The position numbers and the translations under genes were made by a program. This document shows positions 19,442 through 29,222 of a stretch of 64,000 bases of DNA, piece after piece. Origin of the DNA: an uncultured Chloroflexia bacterium (GTDB lineage: Bacteria; Chloroflexota; Limnocylindria; Limnocylindrales; CSP1-4); the NCBI GenBank assembly GCA_963810065.1, contig CAWELX010000006.1, positions 270,185-334,184 of the forward strand. The letters run 5' to 3'. The notes under the pieces were generated by a model that was not told where the DNA came from, searched no databases, and was given only the letters and a program-made list of their open reading frames with translations. Numbering within the stretch: the first letter of the stretch is position 1; every line of letters begins with the position of its first letter.

Positions 19442-21142
19442 ATGACGACCTCGCCCGGCGCCCACGACGCTCCGCCCCTCCCCGGCGCCCGCCCCGTCCG
19501 CGCCCCCCGCGGCACGGAGATCTCCTGCCGCGGCTGGCAGCAGGAGGCGGTCCTGCGGATGCTCATGAACAACCTCGACCCCGAGGTCGCCGAGAACCCC
19601 GACGCGCTCGTCGTGTACGGCGGGACCGGTCGCGCCGCCCGTTCCTGGGAGGCCTTCGACGTCATCGTGCGCGAGCTCCGGAATCTCGCCGACGACGAGA
19701 CGCTTCTCATCCAGTCGGGCCAGCCGGTCGGCGTCTTCCGGACCAACCCGTGGGCGCCGCGGGTGCTGATTGCCAACTCCAACCTGGTCGGCAAGTGGGC
19801 GACCTGGGAGCACTTCCGGGAGCTCGAGAAGGCCGGCCTGATGATGTACGGCCAGATGACCGCCGGCTCCTGGATCTACATCGGGACCCAGGGGATCCTG
19901 CAGGGCACGTACGAGACGTTCGCCGAGCTGGCGCGCCAGCACTTCGGAGGGACCCTGCGGGGGCGGGTGGTCCTGACGGCGGGCCTGGGCGGGATGGGCG
20001 GCGCCCAGCCGCTCGCGGTGACGATGAACGATGGCGTGGTGATCGCCATCGAGGTCGACGCGGCGCGGGCCCGGCGGCGCCACGAGATCGGCTACGTCGA
20101 CCGGCTCACGGACTCGCCCGACGCTGCGCTCGCCATGGCACGCCTGGCGGCCGCCCGCGGGGAGCCGCTCTCGATCGCCCTCGTCGGCAACGCCGCGGAG
20201 ATCGAGCCGGCGTGGGCCAGGAAGGGCGAGCCCTTCGACGCCGTCACGGACCAGACGTCGGCACATGACGCGCTCGCCGGCTACGTCCCGCCGGAGATGA
20301 CGCTGGCGGACGCGCTGGTCCTGCGGCGCACCCAGCCCGAGGTGTACGAGCGCCAGGCGCTCGACGGGATGGCGGCCCAGGTGCGGGCGATGCTCGCCTT
20401 CGGGGAGCGCGGCGCGGTCGTGTTCGACTACGGCAACAACCTCCGGGCCCAGGCCCAGCGGGCCGGCGTGGAGAACGCCTTCGACTTCGCCGGCTTCGTC
20501 CCGCTCTTCATCCGACCCCAGTTCTGCGAGGGCCGCGGCCCCTTCCGCTGGGTCGCCCTGTCCGGGGACCCGGCCGACATCCTGCGTACGGACGAGGAGA
20601 TCCTGCGGCTGTTCCCCGGGGACGCGGGCCTGCGGCGATGGATCGAGATGGCCGAGGCAACGGTGCCGTTCCAGGGGCTCCCCGCGCGGATCTGCTGGCT
20701 GGGATATGGCGAACGGGCGAAGGCGGGGCTGGCGTTCAACGAGCTCGTGCGGACCGGAGCGGTGTCGGCGCCGCTCGTCATCGGGCGCGACCACCTGGAC
20801 TCGGGGAGCGTCGCCTCGCCGAACCGCGAGACGGAGGCGATGGCGGACGGCACGGACGCGGTGGCCGACTGGCCGCTTCTCAACGCGCTGGTGAACACGG
20901 CGGCCGGGGCGACCTGGGTGTCGATCCACCATGGTGGCGGCACGGGGATCGGGTACAGCCAGCACGCCGGGATGGTGGTGGTGGCCGACGGGACCGACCT
21001 CGCCGCGCAGAAGCTGGAGCGGGTGCTGACCAGCGACCCCGGGATGGGCGTGATCCGCCACGCCGACGCGGGCTACCAGCGCGCCCTGGACGTGGCCCGC
21101 GAGCGCGGCGTCCGGATCCCGATGCGGGACGGGGGCGGCTGA
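19442..21142 (+). CDS. hutU: Urocanate hydratase
   Basis: 566-aa product with …[17 protein letters not shown]…[12 protein letters not shown]… and full-length urocanase architecture. Confidence 0.92.
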   Translation: MTTSPGAHDAPPLPGARPVRAPRGTEISCRGWQQEAVLRMLMNNLDPEVAENPDALVVYGGTGRAARSWEAFDVIVRELRNLADDETLLIQSGQPVGVFRTNPWAPRVLIANSNLVGKWATWEHFRELEKAGLMMYGQMTAGSWIYIGTQGILQGTYETFAELARQHFGGTLRGRVVLTAGLGGMGGAQPLAVTMNDGVVIAIEVDAARARRRHEIGYVDRLTDSPDAALAMARLAAARGEPLSIALVGNAAEIEPAWARKGEPFDAVTDQTSAHDALAGYVPPEMTLADALVLRRTQPEVYERQALDGMAAQVRAMLAFGERGAVVFDYGNNLRAQAQRAGVENAFDFAGFVPLFIRPQFCEGRGPFRWVALSGDPADILRTDEEILRLFPGDAGLRRWIEMAEATVPFQGLPARICWLGYGERAKAGLAFNELVRTGAVSAPLVIGRDHLDSGSVASPNRETEAMADGTDAVADWPLLNALVNTAAGATWVSIHHGGGTGIGYSQHAGMVVVADGTDLAAQKLERVLTSDPGMGVIRHADAGYQRALDVARERGVRIPMRDGGG

Positions 21143-21270
21143 TCGTCCTGGCCGGCCGCGGAGCGGGCATGCGCTGACCTCACCCGCCGTGCTCCAGCCG
21201 CATGCAGGAGGCGTTCGGATCAGGATGCGGGTCGGAGCGGGTCGGGCGAGGCGCAGGAGGGACGCGACGG

Positions 21271-22695
21271 TCAGGCGGGCTCGCCCTCTTCGGCGGGGGC
21301 CGGCATCGCCCGGATCCGTCGAACGGGACTGAAGAGGACCGGCAGGATCGCCGCCAGCTCGCCGATCGCCCCGATGAGGACGGCCTCTCGAACGCCGAGC
21401 AGCGTGCCGAGCACGCCGCCCAGCACGCCCCCGATCGGGATCGTGCCCCACACGAACCAGCGCATCGTCGCGTTCATCCGCCCCTGCATGGCCGTGGGTG
21501 TGACCGCCTGGCGAAGGCTCACCTGGGCCACGTTGTAGACGACGGTGCAGAGCCCGGTCACGAACGCCGCCAGGGCGGCCAGGGCGACGAGAACCGGCGC
21601 CGCGGTCCCGACCGGGGCCAGGGCGAGGGGCAGGAGCGCCAGCCCCGAGACTCCCCCGAACACGACGATCGTCGGGCCCACGCCCAGCTGCTTCGAGACC
21701 CGGTTGCACATGACGGCGCCGAGGAGGGCGCCGGTCGCCCCGATCGAGAAGGCCAGTCCGACCTGTGCGGCCGTCATCCCGAGCTCGCGGACGGCGAGGA
21801 CGAGGAGGACCGAGGTGGCCACGGTGCCGAACAGGTTCGCGGTCCCGGTGCACGCGGCGATGTTCTTCAGGTACGCATGCCCCACCACGTACCGCAGCCC
21901 CTCCGCCATCTCGCGACGCATCCCGGACCCGGGCTCGCCGGCCGCGCGATGGACCTCGGGCGGCGGTTCCGGCCGGCGGATCAGGAAGAGGAACAGCGCC
22001 GAGCAGAGGAACGACAGCGCGTCGATCATGACGGCGAGCGGCGCCCGCAGCACGCCGATCAGGACGCCGGCAAGCCCCGGCCCGACCACCGCGGCGCCCG
22101 CCCGGCTGATCTCCAGCTTGGCGTTGCCCTCCTGGAGGTGGTCGCGCGTCACCAGCGACGGCAGGTAGCTCTGGTAGGCGACGTCGAAGAACACGGTGAG
22201 GACGCCGACGATGAAGCCGACGACGTACAGCTGCGCGACGGTCAGGATCCCGGCGACATAGGCCACGGGAATCGTCGCCAGGGCCACGGCGCGCCCGAGG
22301 TCGCCGCCGATCATCACCGGGCGGCGCCGCAGCCGGTCCACCCACACTCCCGCCGGAAGGCCGATCAGGAGAAACGGCAGGAAGCCGATGACGCCGAGGA
22401 GGGCGACCTCGAAGGTCGACGCCCGGAGAACGTCGATCGCCACGAGAGGGATGGCCAGCGCGCTGACCTGCGTCCCGAGCTGGCTGATGGTCTCCGCCGT
22501 CCATAGGCGCAGGAAGTCGGGATGGCGAAGCAGGCTCGTGCGCAGGCGGGGCAGGCGGGGCAGGCGGGGCAGGCGGGCGGCGGTGCCGGCGGGCGAGGTG
22601 GCTCGGACATCGGCCGTCACGATAGGGGATGGCAGGCGCCGGATGGGGGCTGCCGGCGCGACCCCCGGGCGCCACCGCGCCGTGTGGCAGGCCAC
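21271..22695 (-). CDS. MFS transporter
   Basis: About 12 TM helices. The start is uncertain (an in-frame GTG at 22620 is an alternative). The N-terminus has an (LPR)x3 microrepeat. Confidence 0.72.
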   Translation of the reverse strand: MACHTARWRPGVAPAAPIRRLPSPIVTADVRATSPAGTAARLPRLPRLPRLRTSLLRHPDFLRLWTAETISQLGTQVSALAIPLVAIDVLRASTFEVALLGVIGFLPFLLIGLPAGVWVDRLRRRPVMIGGDLGRAVALATIPVAYVAGILTVAQLYVVGFIVGVLTVFFDVAYQSYLPSLVTRDHLQEGNAKLEISRAGAAVVGPGLAGVLIGVLRAPLAVMIDALSFLCSALFLFLIRRPEPPPEVHRAAGEPGSGMRREMAEGLRYVVGHAYLKNIAACTGTANLFGTVATSVLLVLAVRELGMTAAQVGLAFSIGATGALLGAVMCNRVSKQLGVGPTIVVFGGVSGLALLPLALAPVGTAAPVLVALAALAAFVTGLCTVVYNVAQVSLRQAVTPTAMQGRMNATMRWFVWGTIPIGGVLGGVLGTLLGVREAVLIGAIGELAAILPVLFSPVRRIRAMPAPAEEGEPA

Positions 22696-22805
22696 CGCGA
22701 TGGCGAGCGCACTCGCGCCGGGCTGCTACTGCCGACCGCACGGTGCCGCAGCCTCGTCGGCCAGGAGCCGGGTTGGCGCGCCGGCCGGTGTGCCACGATA
22801 GCGGC

Positions 22806-23765
22806 ATGGCGCTGGTCGAGTCCGTTCCGAATGTCTCAGAGGGCCGCCGGGCAGAGGTCGTGGACCGCCTCGCCGCGGCGCTCGAATCCGTGCCCGGAGC
22901 CCACCTGCTGGATCGCACCAGCGACGCGTCCCACAACCGGAGTGTCTTCACGCTGGCCGGCGAGGACGCTGCCGTGGCGGATGCCCTCGAGCGGCTCGTG
23001 GCCGTGGCCCTCCGCGAGATCGACATGGAGGAGCAGAGCGGCGAGCACCCGCGAATCGGGGCCGTCGACGTGGTTCCCTTCGTGCCCCTCGGCGACACGA
23101 CCCTGGAGGACTGCGTCGGCTTCGCCCGCGACTTCGGGCGGCGGATTGCGGCCCGCTTCGATCTGCCGGTCTACCTCTACGCTGCCGCGGCCACCCGCCC
23201 GGACCGGGTGAAGCTGGCCGACGTGCGCCGCGGCCAGTACGAGGGCCTGAAAACGGAGATCGACACCCGCGGCCGGGAGCCCGACTTCGGCCCGCACCGG
23301 ACCCATCCGCGGGGTGGGGCGACGTGCGTCGGCGCGCGACCCTTCCTGATCGCCTGGAACATCAACCTGGCGACCGACGACCTGGAGCTGGCGCGCCGCA
23401 TCGCGCACCGGATCCGTGAATCCTCCGGCGGCCTGCCCGCGGTCCAGGCGAAGGGCTTCTTCATCGACGAGCTGAGGTGCGCCCAGGTCTCCATGAACGT
23501 CCTGGACTTCGCGCGCACGCCGCTGTGGGTGGCCTGGGAGGCGGTCCGCGCCGAGGCCGCGGAGGACGGGGTGGAGCTCGAGGAATCCGAGCTGATCGGC
23601 CTGGCCCCCCTGGCCGCCTTCCTGGCAGTCGCCGAACGGGCGGGCACCCCGATCGACGCGTCGCCCGACGAGCAGGTGCGTGCGGCCGGGCGCTTCCTGC
23701 GGTTGCGCGACGCGTCCCCGCTGATGGCCCTGGAGCTGCGCCTGGCGCAGGCGGCAGGTGCATGA
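22806..23765 (+). CDS. ftcD: Glutamate formimidoyltransferase (formiminotransferase domain)
   Basis: MALVESVPNVSEGRR…NRSVFTLAG… is the conserved FTCD N-terminal start. Confidence 0.85.
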   Translation: MALVESVPNVSEGRRAEVVDRLAAALESVPGAHLLDRTSDASHNRSVFTLAGEDAAVADALERLVAVALREIDMEEQSGEHPRIGAVDVVPFVPLGDTTLEDCVGFARDFGRRIAARFDLPVYLYAAAATRPDRVKLADVRRGQYEGLKTEIDTRGREPDFGPHRTHPRGGATCVGARPFLIAWNINLATDDLELARRIAHRIRESSGGLPAVQAKGFFIDELRCAQVSMNVLDFARTPLWVAWEAVRAEAAEDGVELEESELIGLAPLAAFLAVAERAGTPIDASPDEQVRAAGRFLRLRDASPLMALELRLAQAAGA

Positions 23766-23828
23766 CCGCCGCGACGCGGTCGGTGCCAGGCGGCGGGGCA
23801 TGACCGTTCTGGCGAAGGCTGCGAGGAC

Positions 23829-25166
23829 GTGACCGCCCTGGCTGGGGCGGGTGCTCGCGGGCTGCTCGTCGTCGGAGCCGCCGAGGTTGCGACGCTCGCG
23901 GGTGGCATCCGCCGAGGACCCGCACAGGCAGACCCGGCAATCGCTCCGCCCGGCACCGCGGTGGCGTGCCTGGACGGACGGATCGTCGCGGTCGCACCCG
24001 AAGCGGAAGCCGAGGAGGCCCTGGCCGCGGCGCTGGCGGCGGCCGGCCGCGACGGGGGCGCCTTCGACCGGCTCAACGTCGCCGGCGCCACGCTGACGCC
24101 CGGCCTGATCGATGCGCACACGCACCTCGTGTTCGCGGGCTCGCGCGAGGACGAGGTCGCGAGGCGGGCGCGGGGCGCGACCTACCTGGAGATCCTCGCG
24201 GCGGGCGGCGGGATCCTCTCGACCGTCCGCGCGACGCGGGCTGCGTCCGACGAGGCACTCCTCGCCCACGGCCGCCGCTGGCTGGGGCAGATGCTCCGCA
24301 CGGGGACCACCAGCGCCGAGGCGAAATCGGGCTACGGGCTGGACCTGCCGACCGAGCTGCGGCTCCTGGGTGTCGCGGCGCGGCTGGCTTCAGAGGGCCC
24401 GGTCGACGTGATCCCGACGTTCCTGGGCGCCCACGCGGTCCCGCCGGAGGTGCGTGCCGCCCACCCGGGGGATCCCGCCGCCGCGACCGAGGCGTACGTG
24501 GCCGCGGTCATCGGCGCGCAGCTCCCGGCGGTTGCCGCGCAGGGGATCGCGCGGTCGTGCGACGTCTTCTGCGAGACCGGGGTCTTCAGCGCCGACCAGG
24601 CGCGCCGGATCCTCCTTGCCGCCCGCGCGCTCGGGCTCGGCATCCGGCTCCATGCCGACGAGCTCGCCCCTTCGGGCGGCGCCGAGCTGGCCGCCGAGCT
24701 GGGGGCACTCTCCGCGGACCACCTCGGTGCGCCGTCCGCCGCCGGGCTCGTCGCGCTCGCGGAGGCGGCCGAGGCCGGGCGCCCGGTCGTCGCGGTCCTC
24801 CTGCCCACCGTGCCCTGGTTCCTGGGGCTCGCGGCGCGCGAGCCAGCGCGCGAGCTCATCGAGGCGGGGGTCCCGGTCGCCCTCGCGACGGACTTCAACC
24901 CCGGGACGTCGCCGGTCATCAGCCTGCCGCTGGTGATGACCGCCGCAGTGTTGACCCTGGGCCTTGACCCGTCCGAGACGCTCGTCGCGACCACGGTCAA
25001 CGCGGCGGCGGCGCTGGGGCTCGCGGACCGTGGCGCCATCGAGCCCGGCCTGCGCGCGGACCTCGTCGCCTGGGACGTCCCGACGCACGCCGAGGTCCCG
25101 TACTGGGCGGGCGCGGACCTCGTGCGGGCGGTGGTCAGCCGCGGAAGGATCGTCGTCGGAGGCTAG
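23829..25166 (+). CDS. hutI: Imidazolonepropionase
   Basis: …GLIDAHTHLVFAGSR… and …RLHADE… are metal-dependent amidohydrolase motifs of HutI. About 445 aa. Confidence 0.9.
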   Translation: MTALAGAGARGLLVVGAAEVATLAGGIRRGPAQADPAIAPPGTAVACLDGRIVAVAPEAEAEEALAAALAAAGRDGGAFDRLNVAGATLTPGLIDAHTHLVFAGSREDEVARRARGATYLEILAAGGGILSTVRATRAASDEALLAHGRRWLGQMLRTGTTSAEAKSGYGLDLPTELRLLGVAARLASEGPVDVIPTFLGAHAVPPEVRAAHPGDPAAATEAYVAAVIGAQLPAVAAQGIARSCDVFCETGVFSADQARRILLAARALGLGIRLHADELAPSGGAELAAELGALSADHLGAPSAAGLVALAEAAEAGRPVVAVLLPTVPWFLGLAAREPARELIEAGVPVALATDFNPGTSPVISLPLVMTAAVLTLGLDPSETLVATTVNAAAALGLADRGAIEPGLRADLVAWDVPTHAEVPYWAGADLVRAVVSRGRIVVGG

Positions 25167-25837
25167 ACCTTGCCGCGCGACTCCAGGAGGACCGTCGTCG
25201 TCTCCTCGGGGAGCCCGCTCGGCATGATGGACAGCCGCGCCTGCGGCTCTCCGGCGGTGGTCCCCATCTCGTGGAGGAACCTGGCGAGCATCGGAGCGCA
25301 CGCCTCATCCGTCTCGCAGACCGGCATCGGCACCACGATCTTCGGATCCAGCTGCGCAACGATCTCGGCCGCCTTCGTGGGGGAGAGCTGGGCGCCGATC
25401 GGGACGCAGACGATGTCGACCGGGCCGATCTCGCCGATCTTCTCCTCGGTCAGCGTGTGGGCGATGTCGCCGAGATGCACGACGTGGACCCCGTCCACCT
25501 CTACGACGAAGGCCACGTTCCGGCCCCGGTCGGCCCCTCGCTGGTCGTCGCGGAAGGTGCGCACGCCGGTGACGAGGACGTGCTTGACCTCGTACTCGCC
25601 GGGTCCATCGAGGACGAAGGCCTCCTCCAGGCTGCCCGGCAGGTGAGTCGCTCCGTCGCGTGTCGTCCTGCCCTTCGCCCTGGGCAGGGGCGTGTCGTCG
25701 GGATGACTGAAGGTCACGATGTCGCCGGTGATCCCGCGGCCGGTCGGCCCGACGACCGCCTGGTACGGATCCGCGACCACGACGGCGTCCCGCCCTTTGA
25801 GCCGGACGCAGGTGCGCCCATACCACGTGAGTTCCAT
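25163..25837 (-). CDS. MBL-fold metallo-hydrolase (UlaG-like)
   Basis: MELTWYGRTCVRLKGRD… beta-lactamase-fold N-terminus. The ATG is at 25837. Confidence 0.6.
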   Translation of the reverse strand: MELTWYGRTCVRLKGRDAVVVADPYQAVVGPTGRGITGDIVTFSHPDDTPLPRAKGRTTRDGATHLPGSLEEAFVLDGPGEYEVKHVLVTGVRTFRDDQRGADRGRNVAFVVEVDGVHVVHLGDIAHTLTEEKIGEIGPVDIVCVPIGAQLSPTKAAEIVAQLDPKIVVPMPVCETDEACAPMLARFLHEMGTTAGEPQARLSIMPSGLPEETTTVLLESRGKV

Positions 25838-26182
25838 GCGGCGGATTCTGCCACGCGCCGCCTCACTCGGCCTGCACGCTCGAGGCATCCGGATGGCGCC
25901 CCGAAACGTGAAACGACCGGGAGCGCCTGCCCATAGGCGCCCCCGGTCGAGGGAGGGAGGGCGGATCTGTGGGAGTCGGAGGGATCGACTCGGTCCCGCA
26001 GGTCCATGGCGAAGCCTAGGCCCCAGATGTTCAGGCACAACGCCCGGGTCGGTTAAGAAACCGCCACCCGAGGACCTCGTGCCAGAATTGCCGCCATGAG
26101 CATCCCCTCCGCGCACCGCCGCGACGCGCGCCCGCACCTCCGCCGCCGTCTCCCATCCGACCCCGGCACGTCCGGGCGCCCG

Positions 26183-27526
26183 ATGATTCCGGCCCGTCTC
26201 GTCCTGGTCCTCGCCGTCTCGGTCGTCGCTCTTCTCGCGGCCGCCTGCGGCAACCCGGCCCCGACGGAGGCGCCGAGCGGAAGCGCCGGCCCGGCGCCCA
26301 GCGCGTCGTCGGGAGCCCCGACCGCTCCCCCGTCGTCGACGTCGCCCGCGCCATCGACGACGCCGATGCCATCGGGCGAAGCGGCCGCGATCTACCGGGC
26401 GATCGAGGACCAGGTGATCGCCGAGCGGGGCCTGCCGGCGAAGGAGCGCATCGAGCCGACGATCCTCTCCGAGGCGGAGGTCAAGGCCCGCATCGCGGAG
26501 CAGTACCGCAAGGACAACCCGCCCGACGAGATCGCGGTGGCCGAGGACACGCTCAAGGCCCTGGGGCTCCTGCCCGCCGACGCGTCGCTGACGGATCTCT
26601 ACGTCGACATGCTGGGCTCCCAGGTCGCCGGCTTCTACGACCCGAAGACGAAGGAGATGGTCGTCGTCTCGAGGTCGGGCGCGATCGGCGGCACCGAGAA
26701 GACCACGTTCGCCCACGAGTTCACCCACGCCCTCCAGGACCAGAGCTTCGGCCTCGAGGGGATCGACGTGGACGCGGTGGGCCAGGGCGACCGTTCGCTG
26801 GGGCGGCTCGCGCTGGTGGAGGGCGACGCCACGCTCCTCATGACGCGCTGGCTCACCGGCAACCTGACCCCCGCCGAGATCGGCGAGCTGCTGCAGGTTG
26901 ATCCGGAGGCCCAGGCGCAGCTGGAGCGCATGCCGGCGATCCTGCGCGAGACGCTCATGTTCCCGTACCAGCAGGGCCTCATCTTCGTCAACGGCATCGC
27001 CGCCGCCGGTGGCTGGGAGGCGGTCGACCGGGTGTACGACCGGCTCCCCGAGTCCACCGAGCAGATCCTCCATCCGAAGAAGTACGAGGCCGGCGAGAAG
27101 CCGGTCGACGTGGCGTTGGACGCCGATGCGCTGGCGAAGTCGATGGGCGCCGGGTGGACCGCGACGCCGGAGGACACCCTCGGCGAGTTCCAACTCTCGG
27201 TCTGGCTGAGCCAGAACGGCGTGAAGCCCCTCGCAGCGGCCGATGCCGCGGCCGGCTGGGGCGGCGACCGCCTGGCGTACCTGCGCGGTCCGAACGGGGC
27301 GTATGCGCTGGCACTCGTGACCGCGTGGGACTCGCCCGCCGACGCGCAGGAGTTCAGTGCGGCCGCGGCAACCGCAGTCGCAGCGCTCCCGGGGGCGGCC
27401 GCGCTGGCCCCGGTCGGCGTCGTCCGACCGGGATCCACGGGGTCGCAGGCGTGGGCCGTCCTTGCCGCCAGCGACCAGGCCGCCCTCGATGCCCTCCGTG
27501 CGGCGGTGGCTCCGCCGGTTCGCTGA
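26183..27526 (+). CDS. Secreted lipoprotein, putative zinc metallopeptidase (HExxH)
   Basis: Signal peptide with an LLAAACG lipobox, then …TFAHEFTHALQD… (HEXXH). Confidence 0.55.
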   Translation: MIPARLVLVLAVSVVALLAAACGNPAPTEAPSGSAGPAPSASSGAPTAPPSSTSPAPSTTPMPSGEAAAIYRAIEDQVIAERGLPAKERIEPTILSEAEVKARIAEQYRKDNPPDEIAVAEDTLKALGLLPADASLTDLYVDMLGSQVAGFYDPKTKEMVVVSRSGAIGGTEKTTFAHEFTHALQDQSFGLEGIDVDAVGQGDRSLGRLALVEGDATLLMTRWLTGNLTPAEIGELLQVDPEAQAQLERMPAILRETLMFPYQQGLIFVNGIAAAGGWEAVDRVYDRLPESTEQILHPKKYEAGEKPVDVALDADALAKSMGAGWTATPEDTLGEFQLSVWLSQNGVKPLAAADAAAGWGGDRLAYLRGPNGAYALALVTAWDSPADAQEFSAAAATAVAALPGAAALAPVGVVRPGSTGSQAWAVLAASDQAALDALRAAVAPPVR

Positions 27527-28030
27527 CGCCGGCCGGTCCCCAGCCCCGGCAGGTCCCTTGCGGCCGCCGCCGGTTGCTGACGCCGGCCGCCGACGTCCCA
27601 GCGCCGGCCGGTCCCCTCGCCGGCCGGTCCCCGCGCCGGGAGGTCCCTTGCGGCCGCCGCCGGTTCGCTGACGCCGGCCGGTCCCCTGCGCCGGCAGGTC
27701 CCTTGCGGCCGCCGCCGGTTTCTGACGCCGGCCGCCGACGCCCCAGCGCCGGAAGGTCCCTTGCGGCCGCTGCCGGTTCGCTGGCGCCGGCCGCCGACGC
27801 CCCAGCGCCGGGAGGTCACTTGCGGCCGCCGCCGGTTCGCTGACGCCGGCCGCGACGCCCCAGCGCCGGCAGGTCCCTTGCGGCCGGCCGCCGGTCTCTG
27901 ACGCCGCGCCGCCGACGCCCCAGCCCCGGCAGGTTCCGCGGACCGACCGCCGATCCGCCATCCACCCCCCGACGCCCCAGCCCCGGCAGGTTCCGCGGAC
28001 CGACCGCCGAACCGCCATCCACCCCGCCGA
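27521..28030. repeat. Degenerate GC-rich tandem repeat array (about 55-60-bp unit, roughly 8 copies). It starts inside the last codons of the upstream gene.
   Basis: ctgacgccggccgccgacgccccagcgccggcaggtcccttgcggccgccgccggttcg recurs with variants. There are no unique spacers. Confidence 0.8.
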
Positions 28031-28338
28031 CCCGCCACTGGATCGACCGCGCGGCCTGAGACGGATCGCCCGCCGCCGCCCGTCCCATGAGGTACAAGGC
28101 GGGTATCGGGAGCCCGCGCGGTCCGCGGAGCGGGGCGGGCCAGCCCGGACGGCGACCGTGGGCCCGCAGCGTGTCCTTCGTCGTGCTCGGCGCGGCCCGG
28201 ACAGGCGGCCCTGGGCGTGTCGCGGGGAGTCCGCTGCCGCAGTAAGGGGCGGTGAAGCGGCGATGGACATCATGGAACGGGTCCGGGCCGATCCGTGCCG
28301 AACGGGCCGCCGCAACAGCCGTTCCCCGAGGACCCGCG

Positions 28339-29091
28339 ATGGCACGCCCCCGGCGACCCAACCGCACGATCGCGGCGGCGCGGCTTGACCGCGAGATGCT
28401 CGCGGCCATCGGGCGGGGCATTCGCGACGCCCGCCTCCGACGTGGGCTCACGCAGCGCGCCGTCGCCATGATCGCGGGCCTGTCGACGGCGACGGTCCAG
28501 CGCGTCGAAGCCGGCACATCGGAGCACATCAGCCTCGACTCGCTCCAGCGCACAGCCCATGCCGTCGGCCGGCCGTTGCGCCTCGAGCTCTCTGCGGATG
28601 GCCGCCGGGAGCCGATCGACGCGGGCCACCTCGCGATGCAGGAGCTGGTGATCCGACTCGGCAAGGGTGCCGGGTACGCGGCGATCCCGGAGATGCCCGC
28701 CGTCCGGCAGGGACCGTGGCGCTCCACCGACGTCGCCCTACGAAGCGACGCGAGGCGGCACTTCCTGCTGATCGAATGCTGGAACTCCCTCGATGACGTG
28801 GGCGCGGCCTACCGGGGGACGAATCGGAAGCTGCTGGATGGATCCGCGTATGTCGCCGCCCGCTGGGGCGATGGCGAGCACCTGGTGGCGGCCTGCTGGG
28901 TTGTTCGGGCCAGTGCGCGGAACCGGACGCTCGTCGGCACCTACCCGGCCCTGTTCGCGGCGCGCTTCACGGGGAGCTCGCGCTCGTGGGTCGGCGCCCT
29001 GACGCGGGGAACCACTCCGCCGCCCGGCGCGGGGCTCGTCTGGTGCGACGTCGCCGCCACGCGCATCTTCGCCTGGCGACCGGGGACATAG
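28339..29091 (+). CDS. XRE-family HTH transcriptional regulator with a C-terminal domain of unknown function
   Basis: The HTH reads …LRRGLTQRAVAMIAGLSTATVQRVEAG…. Confidence 0.55.
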   Translation: MARPRRPNRTIAAARLDREMLAAIGRGIRDARLRRGLTQRAVAMIAGLSTATVQRVEAGTSEHISLDSLQRTAHAVGRPLRLELSADGRREPIDAGHLAMQELVIRLGKGAGYAAIPEMPAVRQGPWRSTDVALRSDARRHFLLIECWNSLDDVGAAYRGTNRKLLDGSAYVAARWGDGEHLVAACWVVRASARNRTLVGTYPALFAARFTGSSRSWVGALTRGTTPPPGAGLVWCDVAATRIFAWRPGT

Positions 29092-29222
29092 GCGGCGGCC
29101 ACCGCCGAGGCGAACGCCCATCGCCGGTCCCTGGCAATGACCACGGGCGAGGACGAGCGACACGGCCGATCGACATCCCTGCCGCTCCCCGCCGCGCCGC
29201 CGCTCCCGCTGCGCCGAGCGCT

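Noticed and set aside
17801-23098. 1765-aa minus-strand ORF
   Set aside because: Only its C-terminal 442 aa (the HisD-like protein) is real. The remainder is antisense to hutU, the MFS transporter and the formimidoyltransferase region, and is low-complexity.
27521-28030. Tandem repeat array as a possible CRISPR locus
   Set aside because: The units are contiguous and degenerate with no unique spacers. The period of about 58 bp is a variable repeat, not repeat plus spacer. No cas genes are nearby.
25163-28345. 1060-aa minus-strand ORF and other long ORFs through 27.5-28.0 kb
   Set aside because: Only the last 225 aa is a real MBL hydrolase. The rest reads through the opposite-strand metallopeptidase gene and the tandem-repeat array, giving repetitive RRRG-type sequence.
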